A DNA stretch of 64,000 nt. Origin: a virus. The notes under the pieces were generated by a model that saw only the letters and a list, made by a program, of their open reading frames with translations, ran no database searches and was not told where the DNA came from. Shown in pieces: positions 8,074 to 19,235 of this stretch (positions within the stretch are counted from its first letter, which is position 1; each line of letters begins with the position of its first letter). Both the position numbers and the translations under genes were made by a program. The stretch spans positions 1-64,000 of the IMG/VR virus record IMGVR_UViG_3300032331_003094; one strand, given 5' to 3'.

Positions 8074-11000
8074 TAGAAACCAAATGAACCGCCAAAGCTA
8101 TCAAATAAAGACCCAATGGAACTATTCTTGCGTGAAGAGAATCCCTGGGTAAAAACATTTACGTTTGTTTTTATTTTAGGAGTACCTACACTTGAGCTAG
8201 ATCCAATACTTGAGAACGGATTACTACTCGCAAAGGGATCTGACTCGTCAGCAAATGGATCAGTAATGCCAACGGTATCAAACGGATTGCTAATACCGAT
8301 TTTATTATCTGCTTTAGAAGTTCCACTAACAGTTGCAAATGGTGTTGATGTATCTGCAAAAGGATCACCAATGCCAACATCTTCGCCTGATGCAGACAAC
8401 AATCCACCTAATAAACTTGGCTTGCCTGATGGTACGGCAACGCCTGCGGTGCCAAGTACTTCTTGAATACTTGTATCACCAAAAAGCTGTGCCATAGTAG
8501 CAATCTGCTCCATGCCACCGCCGGTAATTGTTGGTAACAGTGGCGTTGCCTTACCTGCTGGAGTATATGCTGCGTTTAAAACGCTTAAATCTTCTTGTGA
8601 AGCATCTGGTAAAAATGTAGAATAAAAGTCACTTTCCGTACCGTTAAACCCGGCATTTTTAAAAACTGCATAAATACCGCTAGCAGGTGTTACTGTGCCA
8701 CTTGCCGGAGTTGCTCTTTGGATATATTCAACGCCTAACTCGGCTTGTGTTGGTGTTTTACCAGTGGTTATTAAATCACCAATTCGTTTTTTAATATCTG
8801 TTGTTGAATCTTGGCTTAATGCAGTTGTTAACGTATTTTTAATTTCAGACAAAGATTCATTTGGATCGATTCCATAATTTTTTATAAGTGCATTCCATTG
8901 GTCTTTATTTTCGGGGAGACTAACAGTTTTTAATATTTCGTCTACATAGTCAGAAGGCTTAACAAATTGTCCAAAAACAGTGCCAATCTTGTTGGATTGA
9001 TCTAAAAGGTAGGGTGTTAAAACATGGTTAATATAAGTCTTAGCAATTTCGGGGGCGTAAACATTTGGTGCCGCATCATAAGCACTTGTTTTAGGTGTTC
9101 CGTCTTCATTCCTGACAATATTTCCATTTGCGTCTTTTTGTGGGGCATTTACTCCAACTAAGTTGTAATGTAATTTTGCAAATGCTTCTTTATCGTTAAC
9201 ATCTAAACCGTAATCATATGCTTCTTTAAGCCAATTAATTGTTTTGCCGTAATCATCCGTGGTACTTTGACCCTGCTTTGCGGCTTCCCAATCGGCACTT
9301 GCTTTTGCGCTTTGTTGAGCGGCTTTAATACCTGCAACTGTATTTGCATACCAATTGGGCTTGTCTCCTGTTCCTGTTCCAGTAAAGGCAGCAGCAGGCA
9401 ATAACGGATTATCTGGATCGCCAACCCCCTTAGTCGTTAGATACCCAACAGGATCAAAATAATAATCTGCATTAAATTTACTGTCCCCTGCTTTTTGTAA
9501 GTTTGTAAACCACTGTGAAACGCTGGATTGAGCGGCTAGTTTTAAAGCATCCGTTCGATCTTGTGTTTGAAATGGGTTTTGTGTTTTTTCGGAAACGTTA
9601 ATATAATCTTGGAATTCGGAAATGGATTGAGACGCATCAAATCGTGGTTTTAAATACGTACTAAAAAAATCTTTTGCAAATTGGACATCTTTGTCCATCC
9701 GGTTATCCGGAAGAATATAATCAGCAGGACGTGAGTTCCAAGTATCTTGAGCAGCTTTATCACTAGGATTTGCTTGCAACGTTTTATAAGCTTGATCGTA
9801 TTGTCCCCAACTCGCAAGCGTTTTTGGATCTACATATCCGGCAGCTTTAAGCTGGCTTTCGTAGTTACTCCATTCTGGTTTAACAGCTTTTCTATTATCT
9901 ACGGATACATAATCAATGGGAGCACCAGCAACTATAGCTTTAGACCATGAATCATTTGGATTTGTTTTTAAAGCTGCATAAGCATCATCATATTTTTTCC
10001 AGGATGTTAATTTTTTATCGTCTACAAAACCGTTGGACAGCGTTCTTAATGCTGGCGGCACGTAATCGTTGGGTACATCAATATTGCCCGCATATTTTTT
10101 TTCAATTTGATTATTAAACCAATCTTCCCAGTTGTAAAGCAATCCGTTTTGGGTGCCAAAAACATTTCCAAGACCTAAATCTAATTTTTTTTGTAAGGTT
10201 TGTTGTGATTGTCCAAATGGATTTAGTCCCCCAACGCTTAAATCTCCTAGTAAAGAATTGCTAAATTCTTGTTGTAATGCTGATAAATCTTTTCCTACAT
10301 CTGTTGATTTAAAAAAATCAAAATTTAATTCTTTTTGTTTTGCAAGTTTTAATTCGTTAATTGCGTCTTGAAGCACACTTTGGCGTAACTCTCCAAACTT
10401 TTTGCTTTGTTCTTTTTCTGCCTCCGTAATAACAGCTTTAAATGCTGAATTAACTTCTGGTACAGATGACAGTAAATTCTGAAAAGTTTCATTGCTTTTT
10501 AAACCGACAACTGTATCAACTAATTGGGAATTATTATCAATAATGTTTTTATCTGTTGCCTTGTTAGCGTCTAGCGTTGCAATACGCCCTAATAAACTTC
10601 CAAATGAAGCTTGATCTGTGAGCATTGACGGGCCAATGCCAAAGCTTTTGATTAGTTTTGTCCAGGGGCCTGGCGTAGATGTATTTATTAATTTTGCTAA
10701 TTGTGCTTCGTTTTTTGCATCTGTCCAAAGTTTATTAAACCTTGAATCTTTTGAAACTAAATCTGAAAACTTTTTATTCAGGTCTCTAAACTGATAGCTG
10801 ATTGTACCTTCTGGTGTTTGTACTTCTTCTAGGCCCAAGAGTTGATTTTGAACGTCATCCCTTACTTCTTGAGGGGTCCTTGGATCCCCAGGGAGATGAA
10901 GAACTTCTTCTTTGTAGCCGGTGATTCCCTCCGGTAGCGGTGTTGCTTCACTACCGCGAATAGCTAGAATATCTTTAGATAGCTTAGTCGGATCCGTAAT

Positions 11001-11990
11001 TTGATTAAGATAATCTGCATAGGCAAAATTTTCTAAAGAACCATATCTTTGAATTGTGTCTAAATCATCATTGGCTTGGGCTGTAGCCCAAGCGATCTTG
11101 GCTGCTTTTCCTTGTGGAGTTTCGTTTATATAATAACCGGGTCTATTGTCTTTGTATTTATTAAATTTATTTTGATCTATATCCCCACGATTGTTTAGGT
11201 TTCCAGAAAGGACAGCCGGATCCCATCTAGGTGGTTGCCTTTCAGTTAAATAGAAATTTCTAAATTGTCCAGTTTGTGGGCCAATTAAATTATCTAGAAC
11301 GGTATTAACGCGATCAGCTGGACGAACATAATCAGATGGACGTGAATCCCAAACGTCTTTAGCCGTTTTATTTGTGGGGTCTTTATAAAGAGTACGAAAT
11401 GCTTGATCGTATTTCTCCCAATCTTTTAGTGTTTCGCCACTTGCATCCGGCAATCCTCCATCAATTAACGTTTGTTTTAAATTTGAAATTGCCTGTTTTG
11501 CTTGTAAATAATTATAAGAACCTTGCTTGGCTCCATTGATTACATTAACAACCTGGTCGTAAAATTTATTTTTAGCAGCATTTAATTTGTTACTATTAGC
11601 GTCGTCTGCATTTGATTGCGCATTGTAACTCCAGGTGGGTTGCTCATTTCCAACTAGGTTGTCCCACCAGGTGTTACCTCGCACTCCTTGTGGCGCCGCT
11701 AAATCGTCCTTCTGAGTGTTTCCATCTATCCATATTGTATTGACACCAGTAACCCCTGAAAACGTTTTATTGTCGTCAGTTAAGGCAATAACGCCTCCAC
11801 GACTCCCGGGGACTATTTTTGTGGGACTGGTTGAATAAGCAATAACTTGCCTAATAACCGTTCCTCCCCTAGCTTGTATATCATTAACTATTTGATATAC
11901 GTATTTCCCAGTGGGGCGGTCAGCTTGGAAATCAATTTTTTCTGGATTGGATATCCATTGCTTATTTGCTGCGTCGTAAATTAAAGCCAC
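8073..11990 (-). CDS. Large virion protein (internal/ejection or tail)
   Basis: 1305 aa in the structural module with three internal repeats. Confidence 0.6.
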   Translation of the reverse strand: MALIYDAANKQWISNPEKIDFQADRPTGKYVYQIVNDIQARGGTVIRQVIAYSTSPTKIVPGSRGGVIALTDDNKTFSGVTGVNTIWIDGNTQKDDLAAPQGVRGNTWWDNLVGNEQPTWSYNAQSNADDANSNKLNAAKNKFYDQVVNVINGAKQGSYNYLQAKQAISNLKQTLIDGGLPDASGETLKDWEKYDQAFRTLYKDPTNKTAKDVWDSRPSDYVRPADRVNTVLDNLIGPQTGQFRNFYLTERQPPRWDPAVLSGNLNNRGDIDQNKFNKYKDNRPGYYINETPQGKAAKIAWATAQANDDLDTIQRYGSLENFAYADYLNQITDPTKLSKDILAIRGSEATPLPEGITGYKEEVLHLPGDPRTPQEVRDDVQNQLLGLEEVQTPEGTISYQFRDLNKKFSDLVSKDSRFNKLWTDAKNEAQLAKLINTSTPGPWTKLIKSFGIGPSMLTDQASFGSLLGRIATLDANKATDKNIIDNNSQLVDTVVGLKSNETFQNLLSSVPEVNSAFKAVITEAEKEQSKKFGELRQSVLQDAINELKLAKQKELNFDFFKSTDVGKDLSALQQEFSNSLLGDLSVGGLNPFGQSQQTLQKKLDLGLGNVFGTQNGLLYNWEDWFNNQIEKKYAGNIDVPNDYVPPALRTLSNGFVDDKKLTSWKKYDDAYAALKTNPNDSWSKAIVAGAPIDYVSVDNRKAVKPEWSNYESQLKAAGYVDPKTLASWGQYDQAYKTLQANPSDKAAQDTWNSRPADYILPDNRMDKDVQFAKDFFSTYLKPRFDASQSISEFQDYINVSEKTQNPFQTQDRTDALKLAAQSSVSQWFTNLQKAGDSKFNADYYFDPVGYLTTKGVGDPDNPLLPAAAFTGTGTGDKPNWYANTVAGIKAAQQSAKASADWEAAKQGQSTTDDYGKTINWLKEAYDYGLDVNDKEAFAKLHYNLVGVNAPQKDANGNIVRNEDGTPKTSAYDAAPNVYAPEIAKTYINHVLTPYLLDQSNKIGTVFGQFVKPSDYVDEILKTVSLPENKDQWNALIKNYGIDPNESLSEIKNTLTTALSQDSTTDIKKRIGDLITTGKTPTQAELGVEYIQRATPASGTVTPASGIYAVFKNAGFNGTESDFYSTFLPDASQEDLSVLNAAYTPAGKATPLLPTITGGGMEQIATMAQLFGDTSIQEVLGTAGVAVPSGKPSLLGGLLSASGEDVGIGDPFADTSTPFATVSGTSKADNKIGISNPFDTVGITDPFADESDPFASSNPFSSIGSSSSVGTPKIKTNVNVFTQGFSSRKNSSIGSLFDSFGGSFGF

Positions 11991-11991
11991 T

Positions 11992-12360
11992 TTAGATTGC
12001 CAGCTGACAGGGTGTCGTCTCTACAGAATACACAAAAAGTTCAACAACTTCTTGGTTCATCCAGGATTTAATTGTATCCATCCTAGCTTGTGTAAAAAAA
12101 TCTTGTTGCTGATACCAGTCTTCCATTTTGGTGCTGGCCTTAGATGCATTACACCTGCGGCAAGCGGGCATGAGATTATTTCTATTACTGGATCCAGATT
12201 TAAATCTAGGGATGATGTGGTCCAGGCTAGTGGCTGCATCACCGCAATAACCACATTTGTGGTCCCAGGATTCGTAAATATGGTCTCGAAATCTTTTTTT
12301 TGCAAGTTTAGGAGTTAATTCAATAAGCAGTGCGAGCGGGTCATGTGCGCTGCTGAACAT
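11992..12360 (-). CDS. HNH endonuclease
   Basis: CGYCG...SLDHIIPRFKSG...NNLMPACRRCNASK. Confidence 0.88.
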   Translation of the reverse strand: MFSSAHDPLALLIELTPKLAKKRFRDHIYESWDHKCGYCGDAATSLDHIIPRFKSGSSNRNNLMPACRRCNASKASTKMEDWYQQQDFFTQARMDTIKSWMNQEVVELFVYSVETTPCQLAI

Positions 12361-12443
12361 ACTCTTCAATTGCTGTTATCTTATTTTAAATCTGCCTAGC
12401 TATTTGCTCCACAAAATATAAAGATAAAATTTTTATAAACCCC

Positions 12444-12472
12444 CTTGACAGCCTGTCAAGTCCCAGTACGCT
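12444..12472 (+). promoter_or_regulatory. Sigma70-like promoter with a palindromic operator over the -35 box
   Basis: TTGACA (12445) lies inside CTTGACAG-C-CTGTCAAG; TACGCT 16 nt downstream; precedes an HTH gene. Confidence 0.55.
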
Positions 12473-12495
12473 ACGTTAGTACACGACCTTGAGTC

Positions 12496-12705
12496 ATGAC
12501 TAAAGCAACCGGTTGGGTCTCTGTGACCCGTGCGGAGGAACTTCTCGGCATTGACCGTAAACAACTTTTCAAGATGCGCGATAATGGCACCCTGAAATTG
12601 GGACCCCATTACGCAGCATTCCCCGAGACTCGATCACGTGACACCTATCGTTGGAACGTAGAAAAAGTTCGCAAGCACCTAAGTAAAGTGGCGGTTGCTG
12701 TTTGA
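12496..12705 (+). CDS. Xis/AlpA-like HTH DNA-binding protein
   Basis: WVSVTRAEELLGIDRKQLFKMR...LKLGPHY...YRWNVE. Confidence 0.7.
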   Translation: MTKATGWVSVTRAEELLGIDRKQLFKMRDNGTLKLGPHYAAFPETRSRDTYRWNVEKVRKHLSKVAVAV

Positions 12706-12726
12706 TTTAGTCAAACAAATTTAAAT

Positions 12727-12749
12727 GGCCCCGTCAAGGGGCTATTTTT
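12727..12749 (+). terminator. Intrinsic terminator between convergent genes
   Basis: GCCCC-GTCAA-GGGGC followed by TATTTTT. Confidence 0.65.
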
Positions 12750-14358
12750 ATGGCTTTGTATAAATCAATAGATTTTGTACAAACCAACCCATGTGATAAT
12801 CTTTTTTCATTTCTTCAATGAGAATTAGCTCCATACCTTTACATCTCTGTAATGGCTGAGATTTAAACAGGTCAATCCAATATTCTTTAGTTTGGCAGTT
12901 AATGTGACCAACCCCGCCCTGTCCAGGTTTTGCTGCAGTCCATATCAGTGTTCCTTTAGAAGATAATGTATTTGTCATGGCTTCAACAATTTTTAAATTA
13001 TTGGAAGAGTCAATGTGTTCCGCTACTTCTAGGCAAAGAACTACATCACCTGTTTCGTCTACATCAAATAGGCTTTTACAAATTAAATTATCACTTCCTT
13101 CAACGCGAACATCCGTGTCATAACCAATGGCATTTACACCAAGTTCCTGGAAGCAATTGACATATGTTCCAGGACCACAGCCGAGATCTAAAACTTTCTG
13201 TGGGTTTAGATTATCAACAATCCATTGGGATAGACGCTGAGCAAAAGGTAGTTCTTCATTGTGAAGATGCGTATAGTTAATGACGGTTGTTTCACGTAAT
13301 TGATACCAACCCTTTCTGTTGAGGTTATTAATATCTTGAAATATCTTGTCATATTTCTTGCCGCAAGTTTCCAGGTTATACCTAGATCTTGCAACATTTG
13401 CCACCATCTGTCGAGAAAGATCTCCCGCATTGTCGATTGCATCAATCCAGTCCTGGAGTGTATGACAACGAAAACCGGTGACACCATCAATGATTGTTTC
13501 TGTAAATGCACCGTAATCAACAGCAATTAACGGCGTTCCACACAACATTGCTTCAACGCCACTGCCTGCAAACGGTTCAGTAAAGTTTGTTGGCATTAGT
13601 GCTGCACGTGCATTACGCAAGAACTCAGAACGTGCTTTGCCGGTAATGGGACCACGATACTCAATGTTCGGATGCTTCCAGGGTGTTGGATCACCTTGTC
13701 CGTGAAGAATAATTGGCCAGGGACTATAACTAGCAAGTTCTTTGATTGTGTCTAAACCTTTGGCGGAACAAATACGTCCAAGAAAAGCTAGGTATTGACC
13801 AGGTTCATAAGAAGGTTCCCAGTCGTCTAAATCAAAGTAATTAGGAACGACCCATTCATAGTTTTTACCTTGCCGATCTTCTTTACCTTGGTGGTAATGC
13901 ATCCAAGCGTAGCTTTCAAAAATACGGAAACTATTAGGCATTAAGGTTGGGTAACCGATGCCCGTTTCAACATGTTGGTGATTTGGAAATTCAGTTAATA
14001 AACGACTGTGTGCGTGGCCAAATGGATGACAGATAATATCTTCTTTTTCTAAATTTTGTTTTAAAGCCGATATTAGACGCTCTTCAAATAAAGTATGGCC
14101 CTCGCTGCCAACAGTGGCATCATCCCCATGAAAATCCACTTCTTTTCTTTTACCGTATAGTGAATTAAATTCACTATTTGTCAGCATTACAACATGTTTA
14201 TCTGCAGTTGATTCGCTGCCTTCGTTTGAGTATTCGATTACTTCATATCCGTAAGGCTGCATCATCTTGGGAAAACGCAGTACTTTACCTGTAAAAGCAC
14301 AATGCGAATATCCAATACTTGTTACGGTATGGAACAAGCCAATCAGGTGAAGGCGCAC
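12748..14358 (-). CDS. GT4-like glycosyltransferase fused to a class I SAM methyltransferase
   Basis: FLGRI..KG and EPFAGSGVEAMLCGTPLI (GT-B); VLDLGCGPG and CLEVAEHI (MTase). Confidence 0.85.
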   Translation of the reverse strand: MRLHLIGLFHTVTSIGYSHCAFTGKVLRFPKMMQPYGYEVIEYSNEGSESTADKHVVMLTNSEFNSLYGKRKEVDFHGDDATVGSEGHTLFEERLISALKQNLEKEDIICHPFGHAHSRLLTEFPNHQHVETGIGYPTLMPNSFRIFESYAWMHYHQGKEDRQGKNYEWVVPNYFDLDDWEPSYEPGQYLAFLGRICSAKGLDTIKELASYSPWPIILHGQGDPTPWKHPNIEYRGPITGKARSEFLRNARAALMPTNFTEPFAGSGVEAMLCGTPLIAVDYGAFTETIIDGVTGFRCHTLQDWIDAIDNAGDLSRQMVANVARSRYNLETCGKKYDKIFQDINNLNRKGWYQLRETTVINYTHLHNEELPFAQRLSQWIVDNLNPQKVLDLGCGPGTYVNCFQELGVNAIGYDTDVRVEGSDNLICKSLFDVDETGDVVLCLEVAEHIDSSNNLKIVEAMTNTLSSKGTLIWTAAKPGQGGVGHINCQTKEYWIDLFKSQPLQRCKGMELILIEEMKKDYHMGWFVQNLLIYTKP

Positions 14359-14401
14359 GGTCTGTTGTCAACTATTGCCTGACTATAGCAACTAAATCAC
14401 G

Positions 14402-16729
14402 TTATGCCCACGGTCCAACGGAGGTGTTGGCGCCAGCAGCTCCGATTGGCCAAATGGCGAAGTAAGAGCCTGCAAGTGTTGAGTAAGCGCCGCCAGGGGC
14501 GGCGCTCAACCGATACCTTGGGATAAAAGTACCACTATTTGCCACACTTAATGTTCCAAATAGTGAAACAAAAATTGTCCTTGTTGCACCAGCAATACCA
14601 GTAAGGTAATTAAGTTCGGCGGTAGAGTTTTGTCCACCATAAAAGATGGTTCCAGTAGCTAAGTTATTGTTAGTTGGCGGGGCTGCTTGAACAATAGGAG
14701 CAAAGACATTGGCAATAAAATTATTGAAAGTTGCTGTTCCACCGTCAAAAGCCAGAAAGAAATTATGACTAGTTGCGCCAGCTGTTTTGGCAAAGGTACA
14801 TATAATCTGAAATGCATAAACGGTACTAGCTTGTAGAGTTACGCCAACACCAAAAATGCTTTGAGCCGTATTTACGTTTGAACCAGCCAGATCTGAATTA
14901 AGCCTGTAATACATCATCGACGGCGACACGCCGCGACTAACGGGAGTTGAATAAAACAACTTGCCATCGTATTCAAAAGCTCCGGCAGTTGCTGTTGATA
15001 AGTTAGTACCTGATTGAAATGTTAATGGCGAAACACCTGTTGCACCTGCAGCTAAAGTTAAGTTACTGGTTAAAGTACCTCCGGTAAAAGAACTTACGCC
15101 CGTAGCGCCTTGGGGACCAGTCGGTCCAGTGGTTCCTTGAACACCTGTTGGTCCGGTAATGCCTTGAACACCAGTTGCACCTTGTACTCCAGTTGCACCC
15201 GTGATGCCGACACCTGTTGGCCCGGTAGTCCCTTGAACACCTGTTGGTCCAGTAATGCCCTGCACACCGGTTGCGCCAGTGGCACCAGTTGCTCCTTGAA
15301 TACCAGTTGCTCCTTGTACTCCGGTTACACCCGTAGGACCGTTAATACCGGTTGCACCCTGCACACCTGTAGCACCCGTAGCGCCTTGAATACCAGTAGC
15401 CCCCTGCACACCAGTAACACCTTGTACACCTGTTGCACCGGTAGCACCCTGAACACCTGTTACACCTTGGATACCAGTAGAACCCTGTACGCCTGTTGCA
15501 CCAGTGGGTCCTTGGCTACCAGTGGGGCCAGTGGGGCCAATAGCGCCGCCCGCACCTGTGGGACCAGTAGCTCCTTGCGCCCCGTTAACAAGTGCAAGAA
15601 AAACAGCTTGACTATTTGGAAAGTTAGTTGAACCAGTTCCACCCGAACCAGTTAATGTAACTGGATATGTCCAGTAGCTGTTTGACGCGCCTGGGTTGAC
15701 ATTTGTTGGCGTACCGTTAACCGTCCAGATTTGATAATTAGAACTATTACTTTGATCTTGAATGGTAATACTTTCAGTATTTTTTATTTGTGCAAGGAAA
15801 ATATCAATGTCAATATTGTCGCTTGTAAGATGATTAACATTAATTTGTGTTGAACTAATTTGTGTTGCGCTATTCCAGATTAGAAATCCTGTACCTGGAT
15901 CGCCACTTGTGGCTGTTGTTTTAGCAGTGTATTTAAATAAGCTAGAAGAATATCCCTGGGGGCCAGTAGCACCCGTAGGGCCTGCTACACCAGTCGCACC
16001 AGTAATTCCAACGCCTGTTGCGCCCGTGGGACCTGTGGTTCCCTGTGCACCTGTAGGGCCTTGGGTACCGGTAGCCCCAATCGGACCCGTTGCCCCAGAA
16101 ATGCCTTGAACGCCGGTAGCACCCTGAACACCTGTCGAACCTTGAGGGCCTGTTGCTCCAATAACACCCGTCACACCGGTAGCACCCTGAATACCAGTGG
16201 CACCTTGGGGGCCAGTTGCGCCTTGAACTCCCGTCACACCAGTGGGCCCTTGCACGCCGGTAGCACCTGTAATACCGATGCCAGTGGCACCAGTAACCCC
16301 GGTTGCGCCACCAGGTGTACCTTGTGCCCCCGTGGCCCCCGTGGCGCCAACCATTGTGTAAACTTTAGCTAGCCCACTTGAGTCGTAGACATTCCAATCG
16401 CCATTTTGATTAAGAGCTAATTCTTCTGCGGGAGCTAAGGTGCCCTTCCATAAAGTTGAAATTATTGTTCCATCTGTGTGTTCAATTGTTACCGTATTGT
16501 TGCCAGAGGTAACATCATTTTTCAAATAAAAGGTTCTTACATTACGTTGAATAGTATTTGCCGGGCCTGCAACAATTGTAGTTGTTGTGGCAGTCGTAAT
16601 TGTTGTATTTGTTCGCCCAGCACTTACAACACCGTTATCGTTATCCGCATACGACGCATGCACTTCGATATTACCAGCTGATGCTGTGATTACATTAAGA
16701 GCATCAAATGGAGAAGCTAGTAATAACAT
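14402..16729 (-). CDS. Collagen-like tail fibre protein
   Basis: Two long Gly-X-Y blocks (GAT/GPT/GVQ) separated and capped by globular domains. Confidence 0.88.
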   Translation of the reverse strand: MLLLASPFDALNVITASAGNIEVHASYADNDNGVVSAGRTNTTITTATTTTIVAGPANTIQRNVRTFYLKNDVTSGNNTVTIEHTDGTIISTLWKGTLAPAEELALNQNGDWNVYDSSGLAKVYTMVGATGATGAQGTPGGATGVTGATGIGITGATGVQGPTGVTGVQGATGPQGATGIQGATGVTGVIGATGPQGSTGVQGATGVQGISGATGPIGATGTQGPTGAQGTTGPTGATGVGITGATGVAGPTGATGPQGYSSSLFKYTAKTTATSGDPGTGFLIWNSATQISSTQINVNHLTSDNIDIDIFLAQIKNTESITIQDQSNSSNYQIWTVNGTPTNVNPGASNSYWTYPVTLTGSGGTGSTNFPNSQAVFLALVNGAQGATGPTGAGGAIGPTGPTGSQGPTGATGVQGSTGIQGVTGVQGATGATGVQGVTGVQGATGIQGATGATGVQGATGINGPTGVTGVQGATGIQGATGATGATGVQGITGPTGVQGTTGPTGVGITGATGVQGATGVQGITGPTGVQGTTGPTGPQGATGVSSFTGGTLTSNLTLAAGATGVSPLTFQSGTNLSTATAGAFEYDGKLFYSTPVSRGVSPSMMYYRLNSDLAGSNVNTAQSIFGVGVTLQASTVYAFQIICTFAKTAGATSHNFFLAFDGGTATFNNFIANVFAPIVQAAPPTNNNLATGTIFYGGQNSTAELNYLTGIAGATRTIFVSLFGTLSVANSGTFIPRYRLSAAPGGAYSTLAGSYFAIWPIGAAGANTSVGPWA

Positions 16730-16772
16730 TTAATCCTACGTACCTTGCTTAATGTATTTTAAAACGAAAAGT

Positions 16773-18410
16773 TCACATGCCTGGCTTCTGTCCATCAGCT
16801 GGAACATAAGCCACGCCGTTTTTATCATACATAGTAAAGCCTTCAATTTTTATGTATGTTAACGGAATATTAAATAATCGTTGAAGCATTGGCTGCATGT
16901 TTTGAGCCTGACAGTTATATGGCGGCACATCCATTAAGGATAAAGAACGCCTTACTACTGCCGCATTAGCCTCCCGTTGATCATCATCGTTTTGCCTGAC
17001 TAATTTCTGTTCCCATGCTGGCATGCTTTCGATCTCAACTGGGAAATCAGATGGCTCTGGCGGTGCTGCACCCTCTTGAAAGCGCATGGAATAAATATGT
17101 TTGCAATAGCGCATCTCGTCTAGTACCGGAGTCCAGATATCAGTAAATGATTGAATTACATTGTCTTTTGCCGCGTAATCTTGATAAATAGGCATACCTT
17201 CTGATTTGGAACCTGTCAAGCCAGGATTTGGACTTGTCCTTGTGTATAGCGAACCAAATTCTCTGTAAACACCTGCGTAGTCTCTTGTTGCTTTGCGGTC
17301 GACAGCAGTTTCAGTTGTGAGAGTACCTGAAACTTGGAACTGTGCCCCAGGGGCAACAATTTCAAGGATACGGTTGACATCTGCATCCGTCATTGAAGCA
17401 TTATCAACAATACCAAGACTTTTTAAAATTTCATAACGACCTGGCTTGATGCTGGCAATACTGGTACGTGGGAATGCACGTTTATTTGTATCGCCTAATT
17501 TAATCATGTAACTATATTCGCGTCGACTAAAGTCTTGGCATGTGCAGCAGTACCTAGCACCAGTAATGAAATAGCGTCCAATGTTTGGTGGGCGGGTCGC
17601 AGGTGTAACTAAAACACGATCAGGAGTTGCCTCAACTGATCCGTCTTTTCGTAATTTCAAAATACCTGTATTTTCATCAGTATCTACCAATACAGCCTGG
17701 ACATATCCATATCGTTTCTGAGTGGTGGGGTCGATTGTATCCCTGTCGATTATTGGACCATTTTTAGTTATGATGCGATCTTCTAATACTTCACCATTTA
17801 AAGCTTTTAAGCCTTCAATGGTATCGCTGAGTTTTACATATAAAGGCGCTGGAAGTTTATTGCCTGGACTCCAGGGTCCGTTAAGTTTTACATACCAATA
17901 TTCTGCGTCTTCTGTAATGGATTCAATATACGCATCAATAGCTTCTGATTTAGTTTCTTCGTCTAGCCACTGACCAACGTTTTCGTAATCTTCAATTTGA
18001 GCATCAAACCAGTACTTATCTACCAGGAGAAACTGTGCTTCTAGTTGATCAAACCTAACGGTACCCGCATTTTTAACCCCTGCCCAATGCATCCCAAATT
18101 CTTTATTGGTTGTTGGGAATCCCCTAAACATACCGTTAATATTTGGGTATGTTGTACCAGCAGGCAAGAAGCCATCTGGGAAAGGAACTTTGTATGTGAA
18201 GTTATAGGCGTAGTCATTATCATGTAATGAGGCGCAGGCAATCTCATATCCACGACGCCAACGTGTCCAAGCTGATTCACGATCTAGTACTGAAATTGAT
18301 CCTGGGACACCGCCCTTGGAAAACTCAGTGCTAATTGTTTGTACACGAAAAGGATTTGGGTCTTGTGTTCGACCAAAAGATCCAAATACATCGCCTCCTC
18401 TGGGCGTCAT
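16773..18410 (-). CDS. Virion-module protein with a split SWIM-like zinc finger
   Basis: CTCQDF ... YCKHIY. Confidence 0.55.
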   Translation of the reverse strand: MTPRGGDVFGSFGRTQDPNPFRVQTISTEFSKGGVPGSISVLDRESAWTRWRRGYEIACASLHDNDYAYNFTYKVPFPDGFLPAGTTYPNINGMFRGFPTTNKEFGMHWAGVKNAGTVRFDQLEAQFLLVDKYWFDAQIEDYENVGQWLDEETKSEAIDAYIESITEDAEYWYVKLNGPWSPGNKLPAPLYVKLSDTIEGLKALNGEVLEDRIITKNGPIIDRDTIDPTTQKRYGYVQAVLVDTDENTGILKLRKDGSVEATPDRVLVTPATRPPNIGRYFITGARYCCTCQDFSRREYSYMIKLGDTNKRAFPRTSIASIKPGRYEILKSLGIVDNASMTDADVNRILEIVAPGAQFQVSGTLTTETAVDRKATRDYAGVYREFGSLYTRTSPNPGLTGSKSEGMPIYQDYAAKDNVIQSFTDIWTPVLDEMRYCKHIYSMRFQEGAAPPEPSDFPVEIESMPAWEQKLVRQNDDDQREANAAVVRRSLSLMDVPPYNCQAQNMQPMLQRLFNIPLTYIKIEGFTMYDKNGVAYVPADGQKPGM

Positions 18411-18413
18411 TTT

Positions 18414-19193
18414 TTAGTAGAAACCGCCTTGTGCATATACATGTACACCTGGGATGTAACCAGAGGAGTTGGGACCATCAGGGAATACACCAACGTAAAT
18501 GCGGTCGCCACGCTCCAGGTAAATACCTTTATTGCGTAGTGGTGCGGTAGTACCCAAGCCACTGGTGTTACCTGCAGCAGGCATTGGCACAGAAACGACG
18601 GGCATTACGTCAGAGCAATCAACACTCTGAGTATTAGCTGGGACTGTTTTAGCGAACAGTAAACGATAGTCGCCACTGCCGGGGATGGGTGTGGTGGTAT
18701 TACGTGTTTGGTAGAAGGCAAATGTTACGGGTTGTTGATAGCCGTAACCAACACCAAGAAAATTAAAGCCACTAGAGAGGCCGCCGGAATAATTAAGTGC
18801 GCCAAGTTTACCCGTAATGGTTGCCGAACCAGTGTAAGTATAATAACCAACGCCACTTGCAGTGCCGGTATTCATGGCGCCCGTAGTAGTAATCGAAACA
18901 ATCTGTCCGCTTACCAGGGATACCGCATTGCCTGACGTGGTGGTGTCAAGGGTGTAGTCCGCTGCACGGTAAGCATCATTACGGACAATAGTAATTGAAT
19001 CAACCACGCCGCCACTATTATTATCTTCGCTTAATGCAGCGTCCATATCCACCAGGATGGAAGGAGCTTGTCCACCTTGTACAAATAAAGTATTGACGGA
19101 TGCGCTGCCGACAGTTTGGGTTGTAACTCGGACCGAATCAAATAATGGCCGATCAGTTAACAAGGGTTGCTTGTTTGTACTAGTTGACGACAA
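18414..19193 (-). CDS. Putative tail or structural protein
   Basis: 259-aa beta-rich ORF in the structural operon. Confidence 0.55.
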   Translation of the reverse strand: MSSTSTNKQPLLTDRPLFDSVRVTTQTVGSASVNTLFVQGGQAPSILVDMDAALSEDNNSGGVVDSITIVRNDAYRAADYTLDTTTSGNAVSLVSGQIVSITTTGAMNTGTASGVGYYTYTGSATITGKLGALNYSGGLSSGFNFLGVGYGYQQPVTFAFYQTRNTTTPIPGSGDYRLLFAKTVPANTQSVDCSDVMPVVSVPMPAAGNTSGLGTTAPLRNKGIYLERGDRIYVGVFPDGPNSSGYIPGVHVYAQGGFY

Positions 19194-19235
19194 TGTCTTT
19201 ACGCGGTTTTTTTCATTATAGCGGAATTATTATTT

